In this document: positions 1-10,284 of the stretch, piece after piece
How positions within the stretch are numbered: position 1 is the first letter of the stretch
Layout of the letters: the number at the start of each line of letters is the position of its first letter
NCBI GenBank assembly: GCA_963820625.1
Contig: CAWGAV010000010.1
Coordinates: forward strand, 83,915-147,914
From: an uncultured delta proteobacterium
GTDB taxonomy: Bacteria > Desulfobacterota > BSN033 > UBA1163
DNA: 64,000 nt
Direction: 5' to 3'
Position numbers and translations under genes: made by a program
The notes under the pieces: model-generated
The model's database searches: none
The model's input: only the letters and a program-made list of their open reading frames with translations
What the model was told of the DNA's origin: nothing

Positions 1-44
1 GTATCCTCGGAGGGGTCCTTCCAGTTTTCCTGATCCTGGGGTGG

Positions 45-1232
45 ATGACAGGAGTCGCTTGGAGCGACAATTCCCTCTGCCTTGGTTGTCATCAGGACGA
101 GTCGTTAAAAAAACAAGATGCTCGGGGTAAAAGTATTCCTCTTTTTGTGTCCGAGGCAGGTTTTAAAAATTCGATCCATGGAAAACTATCCTGTTCAGAT
201 TGCCACACCCGGATTAAAGATGACAAACATGCCGAGGGCGGAAAGCAAGCCGCGGATAAAAGGGTAAATTGTGGGGCGTGTCATAAAGAGGTAGAGAAAG
301 AATATCTGCTGGGCCTTCATTCCAAGATGATCATGAAGGGGATGGAGAGGGCAGCTAATTGTTATGATTGTCATGGGAAACATAATATTCTGCCCAGCAA
401 GGATTCCAAATCATTGACCAACGTTTCCAACATCGAAAAGACATGTGATCGTTGTCATTCGGATGTGGAATTTGTCAAACAACATGCATTGGGTGCGGCC
501 ATACCCAAAGAGGAATTCAAAAAAAGTGTACATGGAAAAACAGGTGAGATAACGTGTACGAATTGCCACGGGAGCCATAGCTTGAGGTCCCTGATCGATC
601 CCAAATCGACGATCTTCCGGTCGAACATTCCTCAGACTTGTGGTTCATGCCATCCAGATATTACCAAACAATTTACAGAAAGCATTCATGGAGTGCTCGC
701 TGCAAGAGGCAGGTCGGATTCTCCTACTTGCACAACCTGCCATGGTTTTCATGGGATCAAGGCGAAGGTGGATCCCGACTCTCCGGTCCATGAGAAGAGA
801 ATCGCCTTAACCACCTGCCCACAGTGCCATGCGGCAGAGAGAATTTCAAAAGAATATAAGATCACTACCAGCCCGGTAAAATCCTACTACGATAGTTTTC
901 ACGGGCTTTCATATCGTGGAGGAGATACCTATTCGGCCAACTGTGCCAGTTGTCATGGAGTCCATGACATACGACCCTCTTCAGATCCAAAATCGATGAT
1001 TCACAAAGACAATTTACAAAAGACCTGCGGAAACTGTCATCCAGGGGCATTAGAGAACTTTTCCAAAGGAAAGATGCATGCCGTCGCCTCTATCAGTGGA
1101 GAAGATTTTGGGGAGAGGGTGGTCGGATGGGTGAGAGTCGTTTACATCATATTAATTGTTATGGTCATCGGAGGACTGACCTTCTTCAACTTCGCAGATT
1201 GGCTGAGAAAGACGATCGAAAGGAAGCATTAA
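45..1232 (+). CDS. Multiheme c-type cytochrome (11 CxxCH) with C-terminal TM helix; CbcL-like c domain; true start probably upstream of the window
   Basis: CLGCH, CSDCH, CGACH, CYDCH, CDRCH, CTNCH, CGSCH, CTTCH, CPQCH, CASCH, CGNCH; hydrophobic C-terminus (VYIILIVMVIGGL). Confidence 0.9.
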   Translation: MTGVAWSDNSLCLGCHQDESLKKQDARGKSIPLFVSEAGFKNSIHGKLSCSDCHTRIKDDKHAEGGKQAADKRVNCGACHKEVEKEYLLGLHSKMIMKGMERAANCYDCHGKHNILPSKDSKSLTNVSNIEKTCDRCHSDVEFVKQHALGAAIPKEEFKKSVHGKTGEITCTNCHGSHSLRSLIDPKSTIFRSNIPQTCGSCHPDITKQFTESIHGVLAARGRSDSPTCTTCHGFHGIKAKVDPDSPVHEKRIALTTCPQCHAAERISKEYKITTSPVKSYYDSFHGLSYRGGDTYSANCASCHGVHDIRPSSDPKSMIHKDNLQKTCGNCHPGALENFSKGKMHAVASISGEDFGERVVGWVRVVYIILIVMVIGGLTFFNFADWLRKTIERKH

Positions 1233-1251
1233 AAATAAGGAGCGGGTTGCC

Positions 1252-2097
1252 ATGACGAAAAAATACCTGAGAATGACATTGAATGAAAGAATTCAACACA
1301 TCAACCTGTTCATCAACTTTACGATCCTGGTCATTACGGGTTTTGCCTTAAAATATCCGGAAGCTTTCTGGGTCTCTCCCATCACCGATGCCCCAGCCGG
1401 GATGACGATTCGAGGCTTCCTCCATCGGCTCTGCGGGGTGGCCACTGTAACCCTGGGCGGTTATCACATCTTATACCTCGCCTTCACGGCGAGGGGGAGG
1501 GGAATCATAAAGGATATGATCCCGGGGTTGAAAGATGCCAAAGACCTCTGGGAGACAGTGAAAAACAACTTCTACATCAACCGGCCGGCCAAAGTACTCA
1601 AAATGCCTCGCTTCAATTTCCGGGAAAAGTTGGAATACCTGGGCCTGATCTGGGGAACGATCGTGATGACAGTAACAGGTTTCATCCTCTGGTTCGAGGT
1701 GGAGTGGCTGAATTATTTTACAAAATGGACTTTCGATGTGGCTCGGGCGATCCATTTCTATGAGGCAATTTTAGCTACCCTTACTATTATCGTTTGGCAC
1801 TTCTATTCGGTCATCTTCAATCCTGATGTCTACCCAATGAGTTGGACCTGGATCACAGGAGACCTCACCGAACATGAAATGGAGGAGGAGCACGGTCTGG
1901 AACTGGAGAAGATCAAGGCTCAGCAGAGGGGAGAATTGAGTGAGTTTCCCGAGGCAGCAGCCGTTGGGGGTGGAAGGGTTTATACCATCCGTCGGGAAAG
2001 GGTAGAGAAAGAGGGAGAAAAAGCTTCATCCATCCGTCGCTTCTATGGAATCGTTCAAGGTTTTAATGAAACCATTAAGAATTGGAAAGGAACATAA
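1252..2097 (+). CDS. FdnI/HydC-like cytochrome b subunit, partner of the upstream multiheme cytochrome
   Basis: ERIQH...ITGF, LHR, RFNFREKLEY, AIHFYEAILA...WHFY motifs; 4 TM helices; AAGGAG RBS. Confidence 0.85.
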   Translation: MTKKYLRMTLNERIQHINLFINFTILVITGFALKYPEAFWVSPITDAPAGMTIRGFLHRLCGVATVTLGGYHILYLAFTARGRGIIKDMIPGLKDAKDLWETVKNNFYINRPAKVLKMPRFNFREKLEYLGLIWGTIVMTVTGFILWFEVEWLNYFTKWTFDVARAIHFYEAILATLTIIVWHFYSVIFNPDVYPMSWTWITGDLTEHEMEEEHGLELEKIKAQQRGELSEFPEAAAVGGGRVYTIRRERVEKEGEKASSIRRFYGIVQGFNETIKNWKGT

Positions 2098-2190
2098 GGA
2101 GGTCTCTGAAAAACCCTTCAACCCTTTATCAGAGACCCCTGCATATTTATAGATTTTTTCAGAGATCTCATAAAAGGGAGGTGATTGGTC

Positions 2191-2358
2191 GTGTCGGATA
2201 CCATTATGGAACGATATAGACCCTATCCGAAGAAAAAAGGGAAAAAACCTGTTCGATTTAAAGAAGGGGCATTTTTAAAAAGGACTTATGAGTGGTTAAA
2301 GTGGAGAATTGCGAACATGGGGGGTTTTAAGTACCACACTCCCTGTTTAGAACAGTGA
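2191..2358 (+). CDS. Small basic hypothetical protein, 55 aa (MSDTIMERYRPYPKKKGKK...PCLEQ)
   Basis: Hand-translated; GTG start after strong GGGAGGTGA RBS; followed by a terminator. Confidence 0.55.
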   Translation: MSDTIMERYRPYPKKKGKKPVRFKEGAFLKRTYEWLKWRIANMGGFKYHTPCLEQ

Positions 2359-2372
2359 TCTAAGTTTTTTAG

Positions 2373-2442
2373 GCCCTATATATCCTCTGACTCCCACCAT
2401 CCAAACCCCACCCAAATGGAGAGGATATATAGGGCTTTTTTT
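2373..2442 (+). terminator. Intrinsic terminator-like hairpin
   Basis: 16-bp perfect stem GCCCTATATATCCTCT/AGAGGATATATAGGGC followed by T7. Confidence 0.75.
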
Positions 2443-2699
2443 ATTTGCCCCTTTCCTTCTTGTGTTATTCTGATCACGGAGTTTACCCTGAATCAAAATT
2501 GAGACCCTTCATTTCACTCAAGGTGACAAAGAGCGAAGAGTGACAATCTTCATCATTCCTTTTCCCTTCTTGTAGAGATTTTGAGAAAGTGTTATTATCT
2601 TAATCATTTAAGGCATAAAGATAGCATAGCGAATTCTTAATGGTGGGTTGTATCTATCACCTGCAGGGAGGCCTGCCTGCCGAAGGCAGGGATTACGGA

Positions 2700-4121
2700 A
2701 TGTTAATAAGGGGATCTCAGAGAAAAATTTTATTTTATATTGTTCTACTTCTCATCTCCTCCTTCCTCTCCGGAAGTTTTATAAAAGGGGCCTATGCCCT
2801 GACAACGGAAGAGGAGAAAAAGTTGGGGAAAAGGGTCCTCCTTGAAATCGAGAAAAGTGGCGAATTGGTTAGAGACCTAACCCTTCAGACTTTTGTTGGA
2901 AAGGTGGGCCATTCCTTAGTGGACCAGGTGGGTCCAACCCCTTTCGAGTTCAAATTCTATGTGGTCAATGCACCAGATCCCAATGCCTTTGCCATTCCGG
3001 GCGGTTATGTTTTCGTCACCACGGGGCTCCTTGTTTTGGCAGATAACGAACAGGAAATCGCAGCAGTGCTCAGCCATGAAATCTCCCATGTCACAAGGAG
3101 ACATATTTCCCAATTGATCGAGAAGTCGAAACGGCTCAATATTGCCAGCATGGTGGCGGTACTCGCAGCCATGCTCGCAGGCAGAGGTGGGGCAGGCTCT
3201 CAAGCGGGTGCGGCCATGGCGATGGCCACAGCGGAAGCTCTTACATTGAAATATACTCGAGAAATGGAAACGGACGCTGATCAAAACGGTTTGCATTGCA
3301 TGATCAAGGCGGGGTATGACCCCAATGGAATGATTACCTTTATGAATAAAATGTTGAGGATGAGTTTGGAATTAGCCCCCCAAATACCCACTTATCTTTC
3401 TACCCATCCGGAGACTGAAAATCGAATCTCTCTTTTGGAAAACCTCCTCCAGATAACACAGAAACCCTCCGGTCCTTTCAGAACAATTCCAAACTTTAAG
3501 GAGATTCAAGTAAAAGCTTTTGTGGAAGAGAGAGAACCCCACGTGACTGTCACCCATTTTCAGTCGTTGATCGATGCCAACCCTAATCATTCGGAGGGGT
3601 ACTATGGTTTAGGCCTTGCCTATCGGAAGATGGGGAGATTAGATAAGTCGACGGAGGCTCTCCAACATGCATACTCCTTGGCGCCTAAGGATTTTAATAT
3701 ATCCAGGGAACTCGGGATAGTCTATTTTCTTTCGGGGAAGGTGGATCAAGCCATTGAAAACCTCGAGGCAATACGATCCACTCCCGGGGCAGATCAAAAC
3801 AATGATTTATCGATTCTTTATTACCTCGGAAGGGGATATCAGGAGAAAGGGGACTTTGTCCGGGCTCTCCCACTCCTTCTGAAGGTTCAAAAGGAGAAGC
3901 CCGAATTCATTGATGTCTATTACCACCTCGGATCTGTTTACGGGAGAATAGGGCAGAAGGGGCTTTCCCACTTCTATTTTGGAAAACATTTCAAATTAAA
4001 GTGGGAGAGAAACAATGCACTCCTTCATTTCAGAACAGCCATTGACTGGTTGGAGAGGGGAAGCCCGGAGAGGGAAGAAGCCCAAAGAGAGATCAAAGAA
4101 CTCACGTCACCCCAACGATGA
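2700..4121 (+). CDS. M48-family zinc metalloprotease with TPR repeats (BepA/YfgC-like)
   Basis: PNAFAIPGG, HEISH, E-x-x-AD, YLSTHP; signal peptide; C-terminal TPRs. Start moved to 2700 because the ORF-track N-terminus spans a REP hairpin. Confidence 0.88.
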   Translation: MLIRGSQRKILFYIVLLLISSFLSGSFIKGAYALTTEEEKKLGKRVLLEIEKSGELVRDLTLQTFVGKVGHSLVDQVGPTPFEFKFYVVNAPDPNAFAIPGGYVFVTTGLLVLADNEQEIAAVLSHEISHVTRRHISQLIEKSKRLNIASMVAVLAAMLAGRGGAGSQAGAAMAMATAEALTLKYTREMETDADQNGLHCMIKAGYDPNGMITFMNKMLRMSLELAPQIPTYLSTHPETENRISLLENLLQITQKPSGPFRTIPNFKEIQVKAFVEEREPHVTVTHFQSLIDANPNHSEGYYGLGLAYRKMGRLDKSTEALQHAYSLAPKDFNISRELGIVYFLSGKVDQAIENLEAIRSTPGADQNNDLSILYYLGRGYQEKGDFVRALPLLLKVQKEKPEFIDVYYHLGSVYGRIGQKGLSHFYFGKHFKLKWERNNALLHFRTAIDWLERGSPEREEAQREIKELTSPQR

Positions 4122-4193
4122 AATTTTAATGTGAAGCCAAGAGAAATATCGGAGACCCAAAATGATCCTTGAGCCGTGAGAGAGGGAGGTAGG

Positions 4194-4712
4194 ATGAAGC
4201 CCGTCGAGGTTTATTGTAAAGAGGTTTTAGAGATGGGAGTGGATGAAGCAAAAGTGATTGATCCTCGTGCTGTTACCACTGCCGAATGGGTCAGGATGAA
4301 ATGTCAATTTGGATGTTCTGGATTCGGAATGAGTCTCTGTTGTCCCCCACATACCCCGACACCAGACATCACACGAAAGGTGATCGATTCTTACCAGAAG
4401 GCCATTTTGATTCATCGAAGATTACCGAAGGGAGAAAAGACAAAGAGTTTCAGCGAAAATATTGTTCGCCTCGAAATTAAGATTTTTCTTGATGGTTACT
4501 ACAAGGCTTGGAGCATGGGTTCGGGTCCTTGCCGTCTTTGTAAAGAATGCGACCTCACCACTTCCTGTAAACATGGTTTTGAGGCAAGGCCTTCGATGGA
4601 AGCCTGTGGCATTGATGTCTTCAAAACCGCCAGGGACAATGGATTTCCTATTGAAGTGGTGAAGACTCATGAAGAAGAAAGAAATATCTTTGGGTTGATA
4701 TTAGTGGAGTGA
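4194..4712 (+). CDS. DUF2284 Cys-rich metal-binding protein
   Basis: KCQFGC...CCPP, GPCRLCKEC, ARPSMEACGIDVFKT; GGAGG RBS. Confidence 0.85.
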   Translation: MKPVEVYCKEVLEMGVDEAKVIDPRAVTTAEWVRMKCQFGCSGFGMSLCCPPHTPTPDITRKVIDSYQKAILIHRRLPKGEKTKSFSENIVRLEIKIFLDGYYKAWSMGSGPCRLCKECDLTTSCKHGFEARPSMEACGIDVFKTARDNGFPIEVVKTHEEERNIFGLILVE

Positions 4713-4744
4713 TCGCGATGTCCCCCCACGGGGAAATTAGATGA

Positions 4745-7483
4745 ATGGTCCAAGACCTTGCGGGTGGGTTCCATGGGAGAGATGATCGGATGAGCGGAGA
4801 AACGAAAAAATCAAAAGAGGAAATCGTGAAGCTCAATCAAGAGCTTTCGACCCTCAATGCCATCAGCCAGACCGTCAATCAATCCATTGATCTGGATGAA
4901 ATTTTAAACAAAAGTTTGGATAAAATGATGGAGATAATAGGGGTTCGTTCCGCAGGGATCTATCTTTTAGATGAGAAGATGAACGAACTCGTTTTCGTTG
5001 CCCATCGGGGATTTTCCAAGATTTTTTTGAAAGGGATGAAGCGGATCAAGGTAGGGGAAGGGATAACAGGAAGGGTTGCCCTTTCCGGTGAGCCGATATT
5101 CATTGAGGACTATCCCAGCCATCCAGAAGCCCTTCCTTTAGCGGTTGAAGAGGGATTGAAATCCCTGGCCGTCATTCCTCTCAAATCGAGAGACAAGATC
5201 TACGGGACCTTAAACATCGCACGAAAAGAAATTTCGAAGCTCACTCTATTTGAAATGAATCTCTTCAACTCGATCGGGCAGATCATCAGTGGAGCCTTAG
5301 AGAGGACTTCTCTCTATACAGAAAACGTCAAACGTCTGGAAGAGTTGAAGACTCTTTATTCGATCAGTCAGGAAATTGCCTCAAAACTTGAATTAAAAGT
5401 GATCCTCCAGAAAATCATGGAGAGCGCTGTCGAACTCTTGGGCGCGGAGGGAGGAACCATTGCCCTCTGGGACAATCGGAGGCAGAATTATGCGATTGCG
5501 ATGGTCCATCGATTACCCCAGTCATTAATTGGAAAAGGATTTTCCCCGCCTTGGAATGGTGTGATAGGGGAAGTGATAACGAAGAAGTCCCCCGTCCTCT
5601 ATAAGGATTATGAGCACCATCCCCACCGGATGATGGAATTGGATTCTTATCATTTTAAAGAGGTCTTGGGTGTTCCATTAATCGTCAGAGAGATGATCAT
5701 TGGAACGATGGCGATAGGTTCTTCTGATCCTGAAGTAAACTTTCAGCAAAGCGAGATCGATCTCCTCTTCAACTTTGCCCATCAAGCGGCCATAGCTATT
5801 GGAAATGCCAAACTCTATGAGGATTCTTTGGCGAAGATCAAACAATTGACCACCCTCTACGAGATTGGAAAGACCCTCTCTTCTACCCTCGACCTCGATG
5901 AGTTGCTCAAAAAAGCATTGGAGCTCCTCAAAGATCGTTGGGGGTATGCGTTATGTGGCATTTTCTTCTTAGATCGGGAAAAGGACGAACTCTTTATCAA
6001 GCATGTCATTGGGAGGGATCCTGAAGGGGTCAAGGATATGCGTTTTAGAGTGGGTGTGGATGGAATCGTGGGACGGGTCGCTAAAACAGGAGAGGCCCTT
6101 TGTATTCCCGATGTATCAAAAGATCCCAGATATATTCCCGGATCACCCACAGGGAAATCGGAGGTGGCCATCCCACTCAAGATAAGAGATCGGGTCATAG
6201 GGGTTTTGGATATCGAGAGCAATGAACTCAATGGGTTCGATGAAGAAGATTTGAAGACTCTCTTCTCCTTTGCGAGCCAGATGAGCATTTCCATTGAGAA
6301 CGCTCAACTCTTTTCCGATTTGAAACAAACCCTGCAAGAACTGAGACTGGCGCAAGACCAGATCATCCAGGCTGAGAAATTGAGGGCCATGGGAGAGATG
6401 GCCAGCGGAGTGGCTCACGATTTCAATAACGTCTTGGCTGTCGTCCTGGGAAACATTCAACTCCTCCTCCATCAGCTGGATCGTCTCAGCCTCGAAGAAA
6501 TCCGAGATGGCCTGAAGGTCATTGAGCGTTCCTCAAAGGATGGAGCAGAGACGATCCGCCGGATACAGGAATTTACGGGGCTGAGAAGGGATAAGGAATT
6601 TATCTCCCTTTCTCTCAATGAGATCATCACGGAAGTGGCGAACATCACACAGCCCCGTTGGAGGGACCAAACACAAAAGAAAGGGATACAGGTCGAATTG
6701 ACCGCCCAATTGGGGGATATTCCCTTGATCATGGGGAATCCTTCCGAATTGAGGGAGGTGCTGACCAATATTATTTTTAATGCAGTGGATGCGATGCCCA
6801 AAGGAGGCAAACTGACCATCGCCACACAACCGCAAACAGAGGATTGGGTGGAAATGAGGATTGCCGATACAGGAATCGGAATGACGGAGGAGGTGAAGAA
6901 GAGGGTTTTTGACCCCTTCTTCACCACAAAGGGGGTGAAGAATTCTGGATTAGGGATGAGCGTCTCCTACGGGATTGTTAAACGCCATGGAGGAGAAATC
7001 CTGATTGAGAGTGAACCGGGAAAGGGAACAGCTTTTATTATTCATCTGCCGACAGGCTCCGGGGAAGAGGAAGCCGTTGTGAAGGAGGTCACTCCCATCA
7101 AGGAGTCAAGGCAGGCACGGATCTTAGTGATCGACGACGAGGATTCTGTTCGAGATATCCTCTCCCGGATCCTAAAGACCAAAGGCCATCAGGTGGTGGT
7201 TGCCTCCAATGGCGAAGAAGGGATTGAACAATTCAAGTCTGAACCATTCGATCTGGTCTTCACCGATTTGGGAATGCCGAAACTATCGGGATGGGAAGTG
7301 GGGAAGGCCATCAAAGGGATCAATCCGAAAGTCCCCATTGCCATGATCACTGGATGGGGAGTGGAATTGGATAGAGAAAAGTTGAGTGAAAGCGGAATCG
7401 ATCTCATCGTCTCCAAACCTTTCAACTTCGATCAGGTAATCCATTTGGTCTCTGAAGCCATGGAGTTGAAGGAAAGGATGTGA
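4745..7483 (+). CDS. Hybrid sensor kinase: 3xGAF-HisKA-HATPase-receiver (start possibly 4790)
   Basis: Three GAF repeats, H-box VAHDFNN, N/G1/F/G2 boxes, C-terminal REC (VIDD, TDLGMP, SKPF). Confidence 0.92.
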   Translation: MVQDLAGGFHGRDDRMSGETKKSKEEIVKLNQELSTLNAISQTVNQSIDLDEILNKSLDKMMEIIGVRSAGIYLLDEKMNELVFVAHRGFSKIFLKGMKRIKVGEGITGRVALSGEPIFIEDYPSHPEALPLAVEEGLKSLAVIPLKSRDKIYGTLNIARKEISKLTLFEMNLFNSIGQIISGALERTSLYTENVKRLEELKTLYSISQEIASKLELKVILQKIMESAVELLGAEGGTIALWDNRRQNYAIAMVHRLPQSLIGKGFSPPWNGVIGEVITKKSPVLYKDYEHHPHRMMELDSYHFKEVLGVPLIVREMIIGTMAIGSSDPEVNFQQSEIDLLFNFAHQAAIAIGNAKLYEDSLAKIKQLTTLYEIGKTLSSTLDLDELLKKALELLKDRWGYALCGIFFLDREKDELFIKHVIGRDPEGVKDMRFRVGVDGIVGRVAKTGEALCIPDVSKDPRYIPGSPTGKSEVAIPLKIRDRVIGVLDIESNELNGFDEEDLKTLFSFASQMSISIENAQLFSDLKQTLQELRLAQDQIIQAEKLRAMGEMASGVAHDFNNVLAVVLGNIQLLLHQLDRLSLEEIRDGLKVIERSSKDGAETIRRIQEFTGLRRDKEFISLSLNEIITEVANITQPRWRDQTQKKGIQVELTAQLGDIPLIMGNPSELREVLTNIIFNAVDAMPKGGKLTIATQPQTEDWVEMRIADTGIGMTEEVKKRVFDPFFTTKGVKNSGLGMSVSYGIVKRHGGEILIESEPGKGTAFIIHLPTGSGEEEAVVKEVTPIKESRQARILVIDDEDSVRDILSRILKTKGHQVVVASNGEEGIEQFKSEPFDLVFTDLGMPKLSGWEVGKAIKGINPKVPIAMITGWGVELDREKLSESGIDLIVSKPFNFDQVIHLVSEAMELKERM

Positions 7484-8203
7484 TGGCCTTGACGATGGAT
7501 TCCATCGCATGGGCCGAAGAAACGAGGAAAATTGTTAGTTCCGGAGAGAAGAGAAAATATTACCGATTCCGTCCTGCCCCTTTTTATGGAGGGATTGCCA
7601 CTGCTGATTGTGTGGGATGTTGTTTGAGGTGCCTCTTTTGCTGGTCCTGGCACATCCTCGTTCAACCCGAAAAGGTAGGACGATTCTATTCGCCGGAGGA
7701 AGTGGCTCAACATCTCACCTCCATCGCGAGGAAGAAAGAATATCATCAAGTCCGGATAAGCGGTAACGAGCCCACCCTTCACCGACCTCACCTCTTAAAA
7801 GTTCTTGAACTCGTCCCTAAAGAGATTCATTTCATCCTTGGAGACCAATGGGATATTGATCGGTCATGATCCTTCTTATGCAAAGGATCTCTCCCGTTTC
7901 CCTCATCTCTATGTTCGGGTAAGCCTGAAAGGGGCCTGTCCCGAAGATTTCACACGATTAACCCAAACGAAGCCTGAAGGATTTGACTACCAACTAAAGG
8001 CATTGGAACACCTGGTGGAAGAGGGGGTAGATTGTTTTCCTGCTGTAATGGCAAATTTTTCTTCGCAGGAAGAGATAAAAAGGTTGAGGCAGAAACTAAA
8101 GGAGATCCGACCCGATTTTGAAGACTTTGAAGAAGAGGAATTGATCCTCTACCCCTTCGTTCAAGAAAATCTTCAGAAGGCATTCATTCCTTACCGCATT
8201 TGA
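7480..8203 (+). pseudogene. Radical SAM protein split by a +1 frameshift near 7840 (pseudogene or assembly error)
   Basis: CCLRCLFC (CxxxCxxC) and ISGNEP in ORF 7480-7869; ETNG...RVSLKG continues in ORF 7805-8203; removing one G in CTTGGAGACC restores FILETNG. Confidence 0.8.
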
Positions 8204-8240
8204 CATCAATCAATCCGAAATCTGCAATCCGAAATCGGTT

Positions 8241-9176
8241 TTACCACCATCGCCAGAGGGCAATAATAAAAGTAATCAGGAAGACGAAAATGAGATTCAT
8301 GTAAGCCATGAAATAGAAAACTTTTTCATGGGCAGGTTTTTCAACTTTTGTCCCCATGGGTAATAATTCTCCTACTTCTGGCATCTTCAATATCTTGTCT
8401 TCCCCATGAGGGGCTGTTTTAAGAATGTCCGTCAGGTCATCGCCTGCATGATGTTTCTTAAAATGAATTCCACCCTTCCAAAGCTTACTTGAACTCACAT
8501 CATAGACCTTTTCTTTGAATGCAAAATAAGGAGGGTTATTCTCTTTCCCATCAAAGTGTTGGAGGTCTTCCAAAGTTAATCTATCTTTCTTCTGAGGGAG
8601 AGGGTGAGCCTTCTTCTTTCTAATTTTAGGTCCGATGACAAATGTTACGATGAAGGCCGAGGCTACCATGATCATGAACAGGACTATCTTCACACTCAAT
8701 AAAATTCCGAATCTCGTGGTATAAAACATTTTCCAAGTTGGAATTCGAGAGATGGTCAACAGGACCCCTGTGATGGAAAGAATGATGATCCCAAGCCATC
8801 CGAGGATCAATTCTCCCTTGGGTAATCCTTTCGCAGCATACGCTGGTTTCAATAGGATATGTACATAAAAAATGGTTCCAAACCAGGCAATGGCGGTCAA
8901 CAGATGGAGGTATCCGATGATCAAGCGAACTGCTTTTTGAATGGGATGGAGAGAACGATAGAGACCTTTAGTCTTTAAATCTTCTTTGAAGTCCTCCCCA
9001 TCCTTTGTCAGTTTTCCTCCGGTGGCATCGACATGGCAAGCTGTACAGTTGAGTCCCGTCTTTCCAGCATATTCGGGAGTAGCGTGGCATAGAGAAGGTA
9101 AGACAATAACAAATAAAGAAAGGATGATGAGAAGATGATATTTTGAAAGCATTTGTATCGTCAATCTCCGAAACAA
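8241..9176 (-). CDS. Membrane protein: N-terminal c-heme motif + CopD-like TM domain + cytochrome b5-like domain
   Basis: Signal peptide, CTACH, HLLTAIAWFG-type helices, LQHFDGKE...VYDVSSSKLWKGGIH...HHAGDDLT...APHG. Confidence 0.7.
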   Translation of the reverse strand: MFRRLTIQMLSKYHLLIILSLFVIVLPSLCHATPEYAGKTGLNCTACHVDATGGKLTKDGEDFKEDLKTKGLYRSLHPIQKAVRLIIGYLHLLTAIAWFGTIFYVHILLKPAYAAKGLPKGELILGWLGIIILSITGVLLTISRIPTWKMFYTTRFGILLSVKIVLFMIMVASAFIVTFVIGPKIRKKKAHPLPQKKDRLTLEDLQHFDGKENNPPYFAFKEKVYDVSSSKLWKGGIHFKKHHAGDDLTDILKTAPHGEDKILKMPEVGELLPMGTKVEKPAHEKVFYFMAYMNLIFVFLITFIIALWRWW

Positions 9177-10252
9177 GTCCCTAAGGAACGGGCAGCTTTT
9201 ATCATCGGATGATTTAAGGGGACTAATTTAGGTCCTTTGGCTACTTCTTTCAAGGGAACCGTAACGAGTGAATTCCCTTTCACCCCTACCATATACCCAA
9301 ATTTCTTATCTTCTATCATATCCACTGCTTTGATGCCCAACTCTGTGGCCAATATCCTGTCAAAGGGCGTCGGAGACCCCCCTCTTAAAAGATGTCCCAT
9401 TACTACCGTACGAGTTTCAAGACCAGTGGTCTTTTCTATCTGCTTCCCAAGCACAAAACCGATTCCTCCCAGGCGAATGGGATCTGGGCTCTCTTTCACG
9501 ATCCTCTGAATGACGATATCACCGCCTTTGGGTTTCGTCCCTTCTGCAATCACTACAATGCTAAATCTTTTTCCTTTCTTATCTCGCTCTTTTACCTTTT
9601 CAGCAATGACTTGGATGTCATAGGGAATTTCAGGAATAAGAATGATATCTCCTCCTCCAGCCACTCCAGAATAGAGAGCAATCCATCCTGTCCTATGTCC
9701 CATTACTTCTACAATCATAATTCGATGAAGGGATTCGGCGGTGGTGTGGATTCTATCGATCCCTTCCGTTGCAATGGAAACGGCAGAGTTAAAACCAAAA
9801 GTGATATCCGTGCCTCTCAAATCGTTGTCGATTGTCTTTGGCAATCCAACAACAGGAATGCCGTCTTTAAAAAGTTGAGACGTGATCCCAAGTGTTCCAT
9901 CGCCTCCGATACATACCAGGGAGTTTATATCAAGATTCTTTAGATTCTTAATGGCTATTTTCGACAGGTTTTTAAATTCTAGTCGATCGCCTTTCCTTAC
10001 AGCATACCGATACGGGTTTGCAGTTTTCGAGGTTCCCAGAATTGTGCCCCCCAAAGTCAGTATCCCTGACACATCATCGTATTGAAGGGGTCTATATCGG
10101 TTATTTACAATCCCGTGATAGCCATCCTCTATACCGATCACTTCCATCCCCTTTTCATGGATCGCCTTCTTTGCTACAGCCCGTATCACCGCATTAATAC
10201 CTGGGCAGTCTCCTCCACCTGTAAGAATTGCAATCCTCTTTTTCTTTCTCAT
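9161..10252 (-). CDS. pfkA: 6-phosphofructokinase
   Basis: GGGDCPG, GGTILGTS, GGDGT, PKTIDND, EVMG. Confidence 0.93.
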   Translation of the reverse strand: MRKKKRIAILTGGGDCPGINAVIRAVAKKAIHEKGMEVIGIEDGYHGIVNNRYRPLQYDDVSGILTLGGTILGTSKTANPYRYAVRKGDRLEFKNLSKIAIKNLKNLDINSLVCIGGDGTLGITSQLFKDGIPVVGLPKTIDNDLRGTDITFGFNSAVSIATEGIDRIHTTAESLHRIMIVEVMGHRTGWIALYSGVAGGGDIILIPEIPYDIQVIAEKVKERDKKGKRFSIVVIAEGTKPKGGDIVIQRIVKESPDPIRLGGIGFVLGKQIEKTTGLETRTVVMGHLLRGGSPTPFDRILATELGIKAVDMIEDKKFGYMVGVKGNSLVTVPLKEVAKGPKLVPLNHPMIKAARSLGTCFGD

Positions 10253-10284
10253 ATGAAGCCCACCCTTTCAGAGGTATTCACACC

